From Camelus ferus (taxonomy: Eukaryota), in the NCBI RefSeq assembly GCF_009834535.1, contig NC_045696.1, positions 108,688,001 to 108,752,000 on the forward strand: a stretch of DNA of 64,000 bases. The letters run 5' to 3'. The position numbers and the translations under genes are program-made. The notes beneath the pieces were generated by a model. That model saw nothing but the letters and a program-made list of their open reading frames with translations, had not been told where the DNA came from and ran no database searches. The first letter of the stretch is position 1, and every line of letters starts with the position of its first letter. Of this stretch, positions 11,836-25,369 are shown in pieces.

Positions 11836-14142
11836 TTCGAGTGAAGCCCCGGACAGGGATGGTCATTTCTGCAGGGAGGTGACGGGGAAGCCTGACTGGA
11901 AAGGGAGTGGAGGGTGGCTTTCCTACCGAGGCGCTGTGGGGCTGACGCCGTGTGTGCAGGTGCTCGGACACCTGAGCAGGTGGCCGAGGCCACACAAAGC
12001 CCTGTTCAGCCTCCCTGGCTGATTCCACCTCACCGGCATCTGAATCTGAGATGAATCAGAAGGCTGCCCTGGAAATAATGATTTGTTCTCTCTCTCTCAC
12101 TCCCTCTCACACACACACTATTTGCAATCCTTTGTTCTGGGCTTTCTACACATTTAATTACCTCAGGATAAATCTGATTTTACCTCTTGGAAAAATCTCT
12201 TCTTTTGTTTTCTTTTCATTTCCCTTCCTTTCACGTTATGTTTGACAAAGTTGCGGGGGACACCGAGATGGATGAGCATGGGGCGGGGGGGTGTCAGGAT
12301 GGGGGGGGACGCTGCCAGGCCAGCGTGGCCGCGAAGGGGGCGCCCAGATGACGCAGGCCGCCTCCGCTCTGTAACCCGAGCCATCAGTTCAGAGAGGTGC
12401 CCTGGACTTATATTTAATTCAGTAACAAATACTTGCTCACATAAAAATAACTTATTTTCACTCTGGGAGGGTAAGGCCTAAATTTAAACAATCTTTCCCA
12501 GCCCGCCTGAGGACAAAGTCTGCCAATTCTGCCTCCTCCGCCCCCTCAAGCTCCAGGCCTTCGGCTGCCGCTTGGAGAGGAGGGAGGGAGGGAGGTGCTG
12601 GCCAAGGCCCAGGCCAGGGGAGGGCCGTCCAGGCCACTCTGGAGTGACACACTCCTGGCCAGGGCCCGGAGAAGTCAGCACACAGGCAGTCTGAAGGGAC
12701 TGGATGCCAGCCATGCTTGTTGAGTGAAGTTCCCATTCTGATCGTGAGAGAAGAGAACAAAGCTATCAGTTTCCCTGGGGAGGGGGACACTGCCCCCCCA
12801 GGATGGCGCACCTGAGCCTGAGCGGGAGGACAGGGCCCCCACCAGGCGGCCAGGCCCCGGGCGGGGCAGGACTCTGCCTGTCACTCACGTGTTGGGTGGC
12901 CACTGGAGAGACAACAGGCCCCTCTCGGCCTCAGTGCCCTGAAGGTCTCCCCTCCCACCTACTCCACTGCAGCCAGTTCTCCGCGCACACTGGCAGGGGG
13001 GAGCTGTTGCAGTGATTAGTACAATTGTTTCACTCCAGTTAGATCATTCACTCCTTCTTGCAAACTCTCCAGTGCCTTCCTCCACACTTAGAGGGGGAAT
13101 ACACTTCAGCCCAAGCTCGTTTCTCCGCAAAGGGTGTTCTAATGGCAAATGGTGAACCAGGAGAAAGGCTGACACCACCGAACCCACTGACTCAGCTTCT
13201 TGGGCGAAAGCCAGCATCGTTACGCGCACCATTATTTGCGGACCTGTGCTTGACTGGGGAACAGGGAAGGTTGGCTGGAAGTACTTTAGGGTGACCCAAA
13301 CCTTCCTTCTTCAGTACAGTTTCAGGCCGTGGCATCATAATACATGCAGCACACTCCAAAGTGAAGGCCCTTCAGTCTCCCAAGCGCCCCCACCTGGACC
13401 CATTTAGGATGGAGCGCAACGGGGCTGAGCAGGAGAGGCCTCAACTCCGCCTGTCAGAAAGCACGGCCTCACCACCGCAAAAGGATGCAGTCAGGTTCTG
13501 GGCCAAAATGGGATGGCTGTGCAAAGGAGGAGTCAGGACCGGGGCCTGGCTGCTGCATGGGGGTTCCTAACACCCCCCACAAATACATAAACACCTTGCA
13601 GCCCAGTGTCCCTTCACACTGAAAGGCAGAAGGTAAATCTGTGGTTGGCTGTGACCAGCAATTCTCTCCCTCTTGAGGTCTATTAAATAAAAAGAAAGGA
13701 AAATAAAACCAGAAAGAAATAGCTATGACAACCGATGAAGGAGTGGGTGGTTTGTGTCTACATGAAAGCTGGGCTCTGGCTCAGTCGCCACTGTCGAATG
13801 CCAGGACCTTACCTGACACTCCACAAAGGCCAGCCGAGCACCTGCTGTGTGAATGGATGGCACACACTCCCACCAGGCAGGCCGCCTTCCAAATGGGGCC
13901 CATCTGGAACGGTGATCTGGAAGCCGCACAGGCCTATCTCCTCCCTCCACCAGTGCAAAAGCTCCATGAGGACCTAGTATTTAGTACGGCGCCTGCCACC
14001 AGCACACACTCAGTAGCCCTTTACTGAATTACACGTGGGCACTCTTCTACCTCCTCCAACCTCCTCCACAGGTATGGTCTTCCTGCTAGAAGCAGCCTTC
14101 CCCTGAGAAGCACTTGGCCAGCTCTAAACTCAGCACCAGTCT

Positions 14143-14260
14143 TGTATCAGTGAGGAGTCGTGGCTGCAAGCAACAGAAATTGACTGTGGTTAAGTGAAAT
14201 TAACCGAAAAGGGAGGCAGCCTTTGGGAACACTAGGGACCAGTGCTCAGAATCATCAGAG
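14143..14260 (-). mobile_element. Old MLT1 (K/L-like) LTR fragment
   Basis: tgtatcagtgagg...ggctgcaagcaacagaaa...gaaaagggag resembles an MLT1K/L terminus. Confidence 0.45.
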
Positions 14261-16399
14261 AGGCGGGGCGGGAGGCAAGGCAGCCCAGGCTGCACCTCAG
14301 GGAGGGTCTGGACCTGGCTAGACATTCCTGATGGCCCCTCTGCCTTGCCCATCCTCCAAAGGCTTGATGCAGATGCACACGCAGCTGCCGGGACTTAATT
14401 GTCCCAACTCTCCTGAATTTCCAAGTTGCCCCTCAAAAGTCAAAGCCTTAGTCACAAGCATCCAGGTGGCTGAGCTGAGGTCCAGCGTCCATGCCCTGGC
14501 TCCCCAGAGGTGGGAGGAAGGCCACCTGGGCCCTTCAGGTTTTCTGAGTCCCAAGGAGTTACCGCCCCAGCCCCCTTCAAGCAGGGTGTTCAGATGCTCG
14601 GCAGTGCTTTCCCCTCCCCTCACCAAACATGTGTCCACTACAACACGGAACCCCCTCTTCAACCTTCAGAATGACTTCATTCCATCAGACTCTGAAAACC
14701 AGCTGAACTGAAGCAGGAATAAACTCTCTTGCTTGGCGTGTAACTGAGTCAATTTTACAATCTAGTGTTTACAACATGCTTAGTACACAGTCAGGAGGAA
14801 ACGGTGGCAGTTTAACTTTAGCCTCTGGGTCCTGAGGGAGGCTGAGGACACCGTCTTGGGGGAGACATTTGAGAAGAAGATAAAGCACCCTTAGAGAACG
14901 AGGCTGCTTCCAAGCTCCGGGCTGGGGGCTGGGGAAGGAGTGGTTGCCGTCTTGGCTGGAGGCGGAGGTCTGGACAAACTCACTTTTCTCCCCTAGTGGA
15001 GCTTAGCCCCAGGATTCTCAGCCTGGTGGCTGACACCTCCTCCTTTTCCCGGCCCCTGCTCTCACCCTAAGAGTATCTGTCTAAATCTGCTGCCAGCTTT
15101 CCCAGATGTGTCCTCCGACATACGGACTCTGCGGCACGCTGTGGTAAGACAGCAGGTCGGGCTGCCCCTCCCAGTGCCTGCAATCTGCTCACCGCCCATT
15201 GTCCCTGACAGGACTGATTTCACAGCTGTCTGGATGAGCATCGCTGGAGGGATGGGGGACCACGGGGCGGACCACACATGAGTTTGCAACAGAAGTAAAC
15301 CTTTGCACTTTCCTCAATCCCCTAGTAACTGTTACCAAGGTCCTGAGACAGAGGATTGCCGTCACCTGTTTTGTATTTCTAGGCATATGCAAAGTTGGGT
15401 CTGTGACTCCCAATTCTGTGCCCTCAATTTTTCTTTCTCGAAAGTGGGGACAACGCCTGTCCTGTTCAGCACAATCCTAAACAGGCAAAGTTGGGGATGA
15501 TTTGGGAGACCAAATGGCCTTCACTCTGAAGTGTGCTGCATGTATTATGATGCCATGGCTTGAAACTGTACTGAAGAAGGGAGGTTTGGGTCACCCTGAA
15601 GTATTTCCAGCCAAACTTCCATGCTTCCTAATCAAGCACAGATATGCAAATAATGGCACATGTGATGGTGGTGCACGTGGCTCTGACCCAAAGAGTCGGG
15701 TCGGTGGGTTCAGTGGTGTTTGACCTCCCCCTGGCTTGCCAATAAAAGTCTTTGCAGAGAAACGAGCTGAGAAGCTTGGGCTGAAGTTTTTCCCCTCTCT
15801 GAGGGAGTCAGCTCAGGGGAACCCCAGAACTGAGCAGCTCCAGCTGCGGGAATCAGAGCAGCAAGGACAAAGGGTCAGGAACCTGCTGGTCAGATGTCCC
15901 CTCCATTAGCCATGTTAATTAGAAAAAAAGGAGAAGAAAAAAGCCAATTAAACATGAAAGAATTTGAACCACATCTTGGCCTTGGCTTAGACAGAAAGGT
16001 AGAGGAAAGTGAAGTCATTTCTGAAGCCTTCTATCTCCTCCCACATGTCTCTAGCTAAATGCACAAAGAAAAAGGGCTTTTTCTTGTAGGAAGAGAACAA
16101 AGATCAGCCTTTACTGAAACAAAGAAACAGCCACCACTACAAACTGCGTAGTAGAAAATGCAGAGAAATTTGGAAGAATGTTGAAAGCTGACACAAACTT
16201 CCTCAGACTCTGGGCAAGTTTTGAATTTTCCCAGAGGAAATGCTGCATCCTGCAGAAAGGTCCTGCAGTGAGATGAGAACCGAGGGGCAGGGGGAGGTGC
16301 GGGACTGGCATGGGGGTGTTCTTTTGTCTTCTCTGTCTCTGCTTCTTCCTGCCCCTGGGCTAAAGCTCCTCACTAAGAGAAACTTCCAGAAGACTGCAG

Positions 16400-16955
16400 A
16401 GAAGGCAGGGAAACAGCCCACAGAACCAGCGGCAAAAGGCGCCTCGCTATGCCCCCACCCACAACGCTCATCAGCGCTCTGCAGAGGAGAATCCAGAAGG
16501 AAAGCACAGACTGTTCCAAGGCCGACCGCAGAAAGGCTTCCTGAATAAACACTTGACACTGCCATCTCAAAAAGCCAAAATACATCCCAAGACCAAATCA
16601 AGGCACATCCTGGTGAACCATCAAACCTCAAGGACAGAGAAGGAATCCTCTGGATGCCAGGTGGAGGAAGGTAAGGCACCCTAAAAAAGGTGAAACTCAG
16701 GCTCACCCTAAACTGACCACAGCAAAGTTCAAAACCAGAAGACGCTGAAAAATGCCTACAATTCTGAGCAAAAGAATGGATGTCACCCCTGTATTTTAAA
16801 GCCAGGCAGCCTGCTCCTCACACCACGCACACAAGTAGGCACATCCAAGCATTCTTAAGAACACCACATTTCAGAGAGCACAGCAAGGGGAGAGGGAGGG
16901 GGTAGAGATCAGAGGATGGAATCTGGTCAGCTAAGAGGTAAACAAAAAATTTTAG
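16400..16955 (+). mobile_element. Degenerate L1/HAL1 ORF1 remnant
   Basis: caaggcacatcctggtgaa...aaggacagagaaggaatcctc...caaaaccagaagac...aatgcctacaattctgag follows the L1 ORF1 C-terminal pattern (PRHILV..KDKERIL..RRQW). Confidence 0.55.
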
Positions 16956-16957
16956 AA

Positions 16958-17111
16958 CCTGTCCATCAAAGCATGGCTCTGGAAGCAGCATTAGTATCAT
17001 AACGGAGCTTGTCAGAGATACAAACTCCAACTCAGACGTCCAGCACCAGAACCTGCATTTCAACCAAATCCCCAAGCGGTTCGTATAGACTTTAAGGTTT
17101 GAGAACCGTTG
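16958..17111 (+). mobile_element. MER5A (hAT-Charlie)
   Basis: gcagcattagtatca...gagcttgtcagagatacaaa...acctgcatttcaaccaaatcccc...aaggtttgagaaccgttg. Confidence 0.75.
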
Positions 17112-19064
17112 CTCTGAAATAGAGAAACACTGGTGAAGGTGAGTCAATGGCAGGTGAGTCGAGGGAAGTAAAGTAAGGCCCTGGGCATGACAGCACAGCG
17201 CAGGGCACAAATGCTACAAGCCTCGCCGATGTGAAAATAGCCGAGAGAGAAATCCAGAGCTGGGGGTGGTGAGTAGCAGATCAAGAGACACTGTGCAATT
17301 TTAAAACTGGGAATAAATCCCATCTTCCTCCCAAATAAGTGAATAACCACAGAAAATTGAAATAGCTTGGAAGGAAGAAAACTATTTTTGAACTTCAGCA
17401 ATTTTTGAAGATTCGTTTTAATTGTTTTGTCTATTAAATTCAAATCAAACTAAACAAATTGCTTTTAATTTAAAAATATGTACAGTAAGATTCTATTTTT
17501 GTAAAAGTGTTTCAATTTACCTAATTAGCTATCACTCCATCAGAGAGCGAGCTGTGGTGATATTCACCAAATGTTAATTTCTTCTCTATGGTGGAATTCA
17601 AAGTAATTTTTTTCTTTTTTGGGGGGCGCGGGTACATTTGTAAATTACTTGATTGAAAAAACAAATAATGGGTTTGTACCAATTTCACAAAAAAAGTTCT
17701 TAAAAAAAACAAAAATATAATCAGAAAGGTCTGTCTTTGTTTCAAGTAACAGATTGATGTGATGTTCTAATTAGTTCTTAGATTGTATAAATCCTAAGGA
17801 AAAATATAATGAAAATGAGGCAAAAAGAAGTCAAAGTGGGAGATGAGCTGGGTAAAAATTTAACTACTTTTAGGTCCACTAAAAACTGCTTTTCCATTAG
17901 CAGGATGTTAGAAAAACCTTGCAATGCGTTCTGTTAAGAAACTTCTCTGGCAGTTTGCAAATGCTCAGGATCTCTCCAGGGTTCTGCCCTCCATGCCATG
18001 CGGTGCCTGCAGCTTGGGCAGTGGCCCATCCTGAGTGTTGCCAGTCTCTGACTGAGCTCACTGAGTCCTGCCTTGCTTCTCTGTCCTCTGCTGCTCTCTG
18101 CACTTCTAACAGCCAAATCCAGGGGAGCCCACAGATAGTATCACCTTCCTTGCACAATGAAACGCCCAGAGCTCTAAGAAGTGAATGTGAACCACACCCC
18201 AGACCTAGTTCTCAAGTTGATGATGATCAGAATCAGTCCAGGAAAAAAAACTGGTATAAATGTAAGAGCCTGGGCCCCATCCTCCTTCAAAGCTTCTGGG
18301 AGCTCTGGGTCCTTCAACGGCTCAGCCGGTGATCCGGATCTCCACCAACCTGTGAGAGCTGAATCGGGCTCTGCAGTTGGACCGGGGCATTGGAGAACTT
18401 CCAAGCTTCCCAGGAGACGCTGATCACAGCCAGGGCTGAGAATCGCTGCCCTCACATCTGCTCCTGGATCTAATGAAGGATGTGGATCTGTGCCTCTTCC
18501 CTTCCCCAGACAACGCCAGGCCCAGTGACAGCAACAGAGTGTGATGGAAGGCAAGTCCACCTCCCTGTTGACCACACCTGTCTACTGAATGCACTGATCT
18601 TGCTGACACCCGGGCTGTGACTTAAGTTCCCCCACCTCAGGACCTACTGAACCTTTATGTAAGAAAGTCACTACACTGAAGTTGTCCTCTAGATCAACCT
18701 CGTCTCGTCACAGATGAAGCAACTGAAGACCAAGGTGTCCGCTGATGGCAAAGCGCTCCCTTGACCCAGAACTCCTCCCACTAACCCTGGACCATTCGCT
18801 GTCCCTGGATGACCCCTACCCGGCTGGGAAATGACTCCGCACACTCAGAACAGGATGAGACAGACGCCTTTGGAGACAACACCTCATTGCGGTCACTTCC
18901 ACCTCCCCTACTTGGCTGAGAGAAGACTCCATAGGGACAGCTGGCCCTGGAGAGAGTGCCCTGACATCTGGAGTCCCTGGGATTAGCCAAATCTTTCTCC
19001 TAGAACCTGAACATGCCAGTGGACTCTTTGAAATCAATAATATGATGGAGGTTGAACTTTCCAA

Positions 19065-19278
19065 GACTACAGAGTCCAGTGGTTTAGAGCACACACTCTG
19101 GAGCCAGCAGCCTTGGCTTTAAACCCCGGAGGTGTGACTCAGGGTAAATTATTTAACCATTTTCTGTGCTTCCATGTCCTCAACCTGCCTCATAGGATGT
19201 GTGAGAATGAAATGAGCTCACGCTTGCAGAGGACAGTGTCCGACACACAGTAAGCACTATGTGTAGATCTATTATTCC
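19065..19278 (+). mobile_element. MIR SINE
   Basis: gtggtttagagcacacactctggagccag...gtgtgactcagggtaaattatttaacc...cctcataggatgtgtgagaatgaaatgag...cacacagtaagcactat. Confidence 0.8.
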
Positions 19279-19544
19279 TATTCTTGAATTATACCCACAT
19301 GTCTGAAGGCACCCACCCTTCTCTCTTCTTTCAGTTCCACATACCAAGCCAGTGCTTTGCCCCCGACTTCCACTGCACAAGCTACTTCCTCCTTGGTGTT
19401 CAGACCCCCAGCACTGACAGTAGCTTTCCCATTTGCCCCCTACGGACTCTTCCCACAGTCCCAGTCATCCTGGTATCAGCAGAGCAACTGAGCCCCTCAT
19501 GATTTCAGCATAGACGTGATGGTTGGCTGAGACCTCAGCCATCC

Positions 19545-19990
19545 CATTAGTAATAATTCTGTTAAATAACTGTATCTTGTCAGCCTTGAGAAATGGGATG
19601 GCATCACCTGGCGCTGCCCTTGGTCCTGACCTAATCAACATTTGAATCCATAAAGTGGAGAGAAATTATTTAACGGATGTATATCAAATCAGGAAGTGAC
19701 AGAAAGCTGGAGGAAATGACTAAAATGCCAGTGAGTGAGTTCAGATTCACTCAGACCGATCATGGGGGTTTGGAATTCTGGACTGAAGCCAAGAGAAGGT
19801 GATCTGGAGACAGGACAAATGTATGCTATAAATCAAGGAGGCTTGGCTCTGTAGCTCACCCTGTGAAGAAGACCAAGGCTTGCCAGGTGACTGCATGCTT
19901 TCTGCATTGATGCAGGCCAGGGCTGCATCCCAGAAAAGGCCAGCCCACTGTCCTCTGGACTGAGGAGGCTCCTTCCCAAGAGTCTCTACT
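19545..19990 (+). mobile_element. L3/CR1 LINE, RT-region remnant
   Basis: cccttggtcctgacctaatcaacattt...tatcaaat...gtgacagaaagctggagga...cagattca...acaggacaaatgta corresponds to the CR1 segment LGP.LFNIF...FADDTKLGG. Confidence 0.65.
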
Positions 19991-20679
19991 GTTGTGCAAG
20001 CCACAGGGTAATAAGGATATTAGTGACTGGAATTTGCAGATAATTCATTTATTCATGGATCCGTTCACCATCATTGGCTTTATTTCCTTTATCTCTGCAA
20101 GTCACTGGCCCAGGAGCTACTAAAAAGAAGGACTACACCTATTCTGGTTCTTCAGAAGGTGTCAGATAATGGGGTGGAAAACCAAGAGGTGCATTCGATG
20201 GAGGGTGACCTTTCTAAGAATCAAGGAGCGAGCTTCCTGTCACCAGGCTCTCAGCGCAGGGAAGGGAGTCCACCAAGGACTCGCTGTGTTAGGCAGCTGG
20301 ACCCGTTAGGTCCTCTTCCAAGGCCCTTCTGTGGTTCCACGAATCACGTGACAAAGCTGGAGCAGCCCGCAGAGGGAGGCTGGGGCGGAGGGGAATGGAG
20401 CCAGAGAGTCTTCCTGCACACCCAGCCCCCCAGCCCCTCCTTGTGCCTCCAGGCTGCTCCTGATCGGCTTCCCTCTTGACCTGGGACCAAGGTGACTCCT
20501 GATTTGTGGAGTCTCTGACACGCAACACCCATGCGGCATAACCTCCCCCTAGAAATAGAAGTGAAATCCACACGAGGCACCACGGTTTGGCTGTCAGGGT
20601 GACAAAGATCAAAATGTTTGATGTCAGACTGTGGTTGGTATCAAACCAACCTCCCAGCTCATGAGTCAGAGCATTACCT

Positions 20680-21930
20680 AGGACAATCTTTTGAAAGAAA
20701 ATCTGGCATCGTATACCAAAATTTAAAATGCACACACACTCCCTCTCCGTAACCCCACGTCTGGGAATGTGTCACATAGGTATCCTTGTGTTCCTACAGA
20801 GCACCCTGTTGTACAGAGATGTTCACTACAGCGTTATTTTTTTCTTTTTCATTTCTATTTTTTAGGTTTCAGCAGCATATTCCTATCTTTCTTTTTATTA
20901 TTATTCTTTAATTGTGGTAAAATATACATAACATGATAATTTTCATTTTAAGCACTTGCAAGTGTGGCATTAAATACATTCACAATATTGCACAGCCACC
21001 ACTGCTGTCTATACCTAAAACAGTCTCATTGTCCCCAACATAAAACTCTGTATCCATTGAACAGTAACTCACCACTCTCCCTTCCTCCCCAACCCTCTGT
21101 TCTCTTCACCTCCATGAATTTGCCTATTGCAGGCACCTCATATAAATGGAACCATAAACATGTCCTTCTGTGTGTGGCTTCTTTCACTTATACTGTTTTC
21201 AAGGTTCATCCATGTTGTACATGTCAACACTTCATTTATTTTTATGGCTGGATAATAGTCCACTGGATGGATATACCACATTTTGTTAATCCATCCCTCT
21301 CCTGATGGACCTTTGGGTTGTTTCTGCCTTTTGGCTATTGTGACAGTGAGGAATAGGTAATATTTTATTACATATTAATACAATAATATATATTAAATTA
21401 TCTAGAATAATAATACAGTATTCTGCTCTGAACATTTTTGCACAAATATCTGTTTGGGTCTCTGCTTTCAATTCTTTCCTGCAGCACCTTTTTGAATGAT
21501 AAAAAAAAGAGTGGAAACAACCAAAATATTAATAGCAGATTAGTTAAGTAAGTTACTGTACATCCACACATTAGAATACCGGGCAGACCTTTAGGATGAG
21601 GCAGGCTTATGAGTCTTCATATGGAATCATCTATAAGATATGTTGTTATGTCTGGGGAGGCAAGGAGGGAGAGGAGGGAGAGGAGGGGAAAGAGGATGAG
21701 GAGAAGCAGCAGCAAGGACAGCGACGTGGCAGGAGAACTGGGCACATGCCCGATGTATGGACTGTCTCTGGAAGGATCCACAGAGCCAGTAAGGGCAGTG
21801 CCCCAGGAGGCCACTGGGCCCAGGGTCAGCCATCAAGGAAAACTTCCTCTCTCCTATTTGCCCTTTGTCCTGCTACAAATATTTCCATGAACTGAATGTT
21901 TTGCCTTCTGAAAATGAATCAATATGTTTT
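20680..21930 (+). mobile_element. Old L1ME 3' region interrupted by an antisense L1MB
   Basis: aaaatttaaaatgcacac...gatgttcactacagcgttatt (20680-20840) resumes at ggaaacaaccaaaatatt...agtaagttactgtacatccacac (from about 21490). Confidence 0.6.
20895..21478 (-). mobile_element. L1MB-type 3' end (antisense)
   Basis: ttaattgtggtaaaatatacataaca...gtggcattaaatacattcacaatattg...catataaatggaacc...ttttcaaggttcatccatgttgta...tggatataccacattttgtt. Confidence 0.85.
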
Positions 21931-23039
21931 TTAGTTGGCATGTGATCTTTTAAGGTCCTGAGTTTGGTCACGGGCCCAGCAGAAGCTGGTGGGGGGAGGG
22001 GGCAGTGACAGCAGGGAGGCTGCAGGACAGCCCTGGAAACGTCGAGGCTGCTGGCCCATGTTCAAACACCGAGCTCACTGTCAAAAGCCTCCTCAGAGCC
22101 TTGTAGCTTCCCAATTCCCATCTTCTTGTTACTTCTTTTCTCCTTCCTCTCCCTAGAAAAGTAACTTTGAGAGGGGCAGGGTGAAGGATGCGGCCTCACC
22201 TCGCCAGAAAGGGAGGCCAGCAGGTGAGGCGTCAAAGCTGCAGGGACACCCTGCCCTGAGGAGGGAGGGTCAGTCCCCATCAGGAGACGCCTCTGTCACC
22301 CTCCTCCCGGCTGCACCTGTCCAAAAGGAGTCTGCTCAGAGCCAGCGGAACAGACCTCACAGGATGATAATCAAATCATATTTGAAAATGAGATGAGGAG
22401 GGGAGTCAGAACAAAAGCCTGTGAAAAGAAAAATAAGGTGAAAGTTGCCGAAATTGGTGCTCTGTATTCTAAGGCCTTCCTGGCTCCTAGCAGGGTTTGA
22501 GATTAGTGTTGATAATAGCCTCACCATAGGACCACCGAAAAATCAATGGAACTGGGACCGAGGCAGGATCCATTTATCTTCTTGGGGTGAAATAGAAGGT
22601 GTGATTTTAAAAAGACAAATTATACCGAATGTGTGTAATTGATGTGCGTACAGAGCCATGCAAGGAAGGCCAGCGACGCACAACCTGATACGTGCAGTAT
22701 CAGGCATTACTCTCATCAAGAGTTCCTTGTAACAAAGGCAACCCCAGGGCAGGGTTCAAGTGCTCTGGAGAGCAGTACTGGGAAAGGAGTTCTAGAATGC
22801 ACTACATTATTTTTGTATGGTTAATTCTTTGTTTGAAAGGGTGAGAAGAATACCAAAGGGAAAAAGGCAATTTGCAGGTCCTGCTTTATAATGAAACTGC
22901 CTGGTTGGGACAGGACCCTAGACATCACTTCATCCATCCCTCTGTCTCTCCTTTCAATGGACTGTCTACCTCTCAGTGACTTGTCCCCCTTCGTTTAAAA
23001 ACCTGTGAGTTTCTGTGCGTTTCCTTCACTGAGCTGTAT

Positions 23040-23150
23040 ATATACACTCTCAGGGACAAGGATGATGGCCTGATTGCTTCTGTGGTACCCGTACCAGACA
23101 CCCACAAGGTTCTCAGGCATGTTTTCCTTATTAATTGATTAATTCATTCA
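23040..23150 (+). mobile_element. L2 3' fragment
   Basis: cactctcagggacaagga...ttctgtggtaccc... followed by an attaattgattaattcatt tail. Confidence 0.45.
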
Positions 23151-24079
23151 TTGAGATCTTGTTTTTCAACCCAAGAAGGCTCTCACAGGCTCAGGATCAG
23201 AGCTGGGCATTTCACAACCAGCTTTCTGGTCCAGCTGACAGTGCTAAGCCAGTCCAGTTGAGGGCTTCAAGTCAGTCCTTGGAGAGGTAAGTTAGCAGAG
23301 AGGGGTGGGCAGGGACACAGGGCATGAGGAGAACTGCTGCCCAGTGTCTGGGGATGAGGGGACCCAGGACGAGGGCGTCTCCACAGAGGTTTACCATGTG
23401 TCCACCTCTGGAGACAAGTAAGGAGCAACACCCCACGACACCTGAAAAGTGAAGAAAAGAAGACTGTGGTCCAGGGAGAGTCTCCCTCCTGGCTTAAAGC
23501 CACTTCCTGAGAGCTCTCCTCAAGCCTTTAGAAAGGCAATCAGGGTTAGCACAGGGCACAAGGCCACCTGAAGTGAGATGCTCTCCCATGGTGCGGCCAG
23601 CAGGATGCCGGGCAACCCTTTCAGCTTTCCCCTTATTCCTACACCCAGCCTGGCGGTGCCTTGCCCCTCCCCCTCCCCTGCGGGTTGTCCCTCCCCCTTT
23701 ACTAGGAGGCAGGAGAAGAGGGAGCCTCCCCTCTCTCCTTGCACCTTAAGGTATCTCCACCACTGCCCCGTCTTCCTTTCCCCACCCAACAAGACCCCCG
23801 CACCTCCCTGCCCCAGGAGCCTCCGGGCCACAGTGAACGGCAGCCCCCACCCAGAGTTTTCAAACCAGCCCCGTCTCCACCCACCTGATTCCAGCCTCTT
23901 CAGATCCAACTCACACTGGCTCTTTCTCCCAGTCCTTCTCTGTCTTGCAAATTGCTCTTTCTAGTCACACTCTCCTTCCCTCAGGATAGAAAGCTGATCA
24001 GATCTTCCTTGGTCCAACAACAGCCACAACAGTAACCCAAACAAAAGCCCCTTCTGGCTGGCAGATTTCCCTTCAAGCC

Positions 24080-24440
24080 CTCTTTTTTCCTCTTCCTCAC
24101 TTTTTCTTTTAAAATCCGCACGGTACTGCTTCCACTTCCTCAATCTACACAGCCTTGCAACCAGAGAAGGGACAGTCTCCGTCACGCTTCTGCAACGAGA
24201 GGTCACCGGTGACTGACCTGGCATAACCTCTACTTTACTCATCGCCCTTCTCAGCCACGGGGCAACTCTGCCATCCCTGACCACTCCGCCTGGCCCCCTC
24301 CTCCCTCCCACCACAGCCTTCCTGAGTCTGCTCTGCTGTCCCCCTCACTGGCTTATATTCCTCCTCCGGCTGCTGCCACGTCCCTCAAAGCCCAGTGTTC
24401 CATCTTTCTCTAGTCCCTTCCTTGGCAATCACATCCCAGT
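24080..24440 (+). mobile_element. L2 ORF2 remnant
   Basis: Pyrimidine-rich, with cttccacttcctca...gaggtcaccggtgac...cttggcaatcacatcc resembling the L2 RT region. Confidence 0.45.
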
Positions 24441-25238
24441 TTAATTTAAAAAATATATATATATATATCTATTTAATACTATGCACAAGACCCCGTGTTA
24501 GACACTGTTGATGTAGCGGTGAATTATAATTCCTTCCAAAAGCTGACAGACAAATGGGGTGGGGGGGGTGAGGTGGCAAGGAGGAGGGAGTAGACAGATA
24601 AGTAAATGATTTAACACACTATATTAAGAAGACTTTATGGCTCCAAATGGGGATAGCAGCCCAAGGCGTGCCCAATTTTTCAGTAAAATTATTATGATGT
24701 CAGAGAAATGTTGAATACTTACAACAACCTTTCCTCAATCTAATACTGACAGATAATCGGGTGTCAGGATGAGGAGGAGGGAGGCTCTGCACCAGGGATG
24801 GAGTGAGAAAACCCACCTGAGCTTAGGACATGCTCGTCCTGACTGCCGTCTGCAGCAAAGGACTGCCTAAGAAGAAAGGTATTAAGACCCACCTGCTGTC
24901 CCTGCCCCCGGAGACCCAGGGCTACTGCCAGTGAGGGACTGGGCTACACTGGGAGTCAAGGAAGCTTCCATTTCACCCCACCCCTCTTCCCTTCCCAGAA
25001 ATCAGCCAGTAAGAACAGTTACCCATGGCCTAGAAGTGAGATCATGCATCTGAGAGCTGTGGTCTGAGGGGAAGAACACGCGCAGGGAAGGGTGAGGAAG
25101 TGGTGCGGGCAGGGAACTGGGCTTCTCACGCATCGCAAATCACAAATCGCATCAGACTGGAAGAGTCAAAGAACCAGATGCTGCAGGTCAAAGGAATACG
25201 TCATCCAAGCAGAGCAGAGATGTATCACGGGAAACATT

Positions 25239-25369
25239 AAAAATAATTAATTAATTTATTTTGGGGGGGGTCACTAGGTTTTTATTTATTTACTTATTTT
25301 AATAAAAGTACTGAGGATTGACCTTGGGCATGCTAAGCACACACTCTACCACTGAGCTACACCCTCCCC
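25239..25369 (-). mobile_element. Camelid tRNA-Ala-derived SINE (Vic-1-like), B box deleted
   Basis: Minus strand reads ggggagggtgtagctcagtggtagagtgtgtgcttagcatgcccaaggtcaatcctcagtac, then an AT-rich tail and cctagtgacccccc. TSD cgggaaacatt at 25228-25238 and 25370-25380. Confidence 0.88.

Noticed and set aside
21355..21422. AT-rich insert inside the antisense L1MB
   Set aside because: Low-complexity expansion with no TSD, terminal repeats or clear structure.
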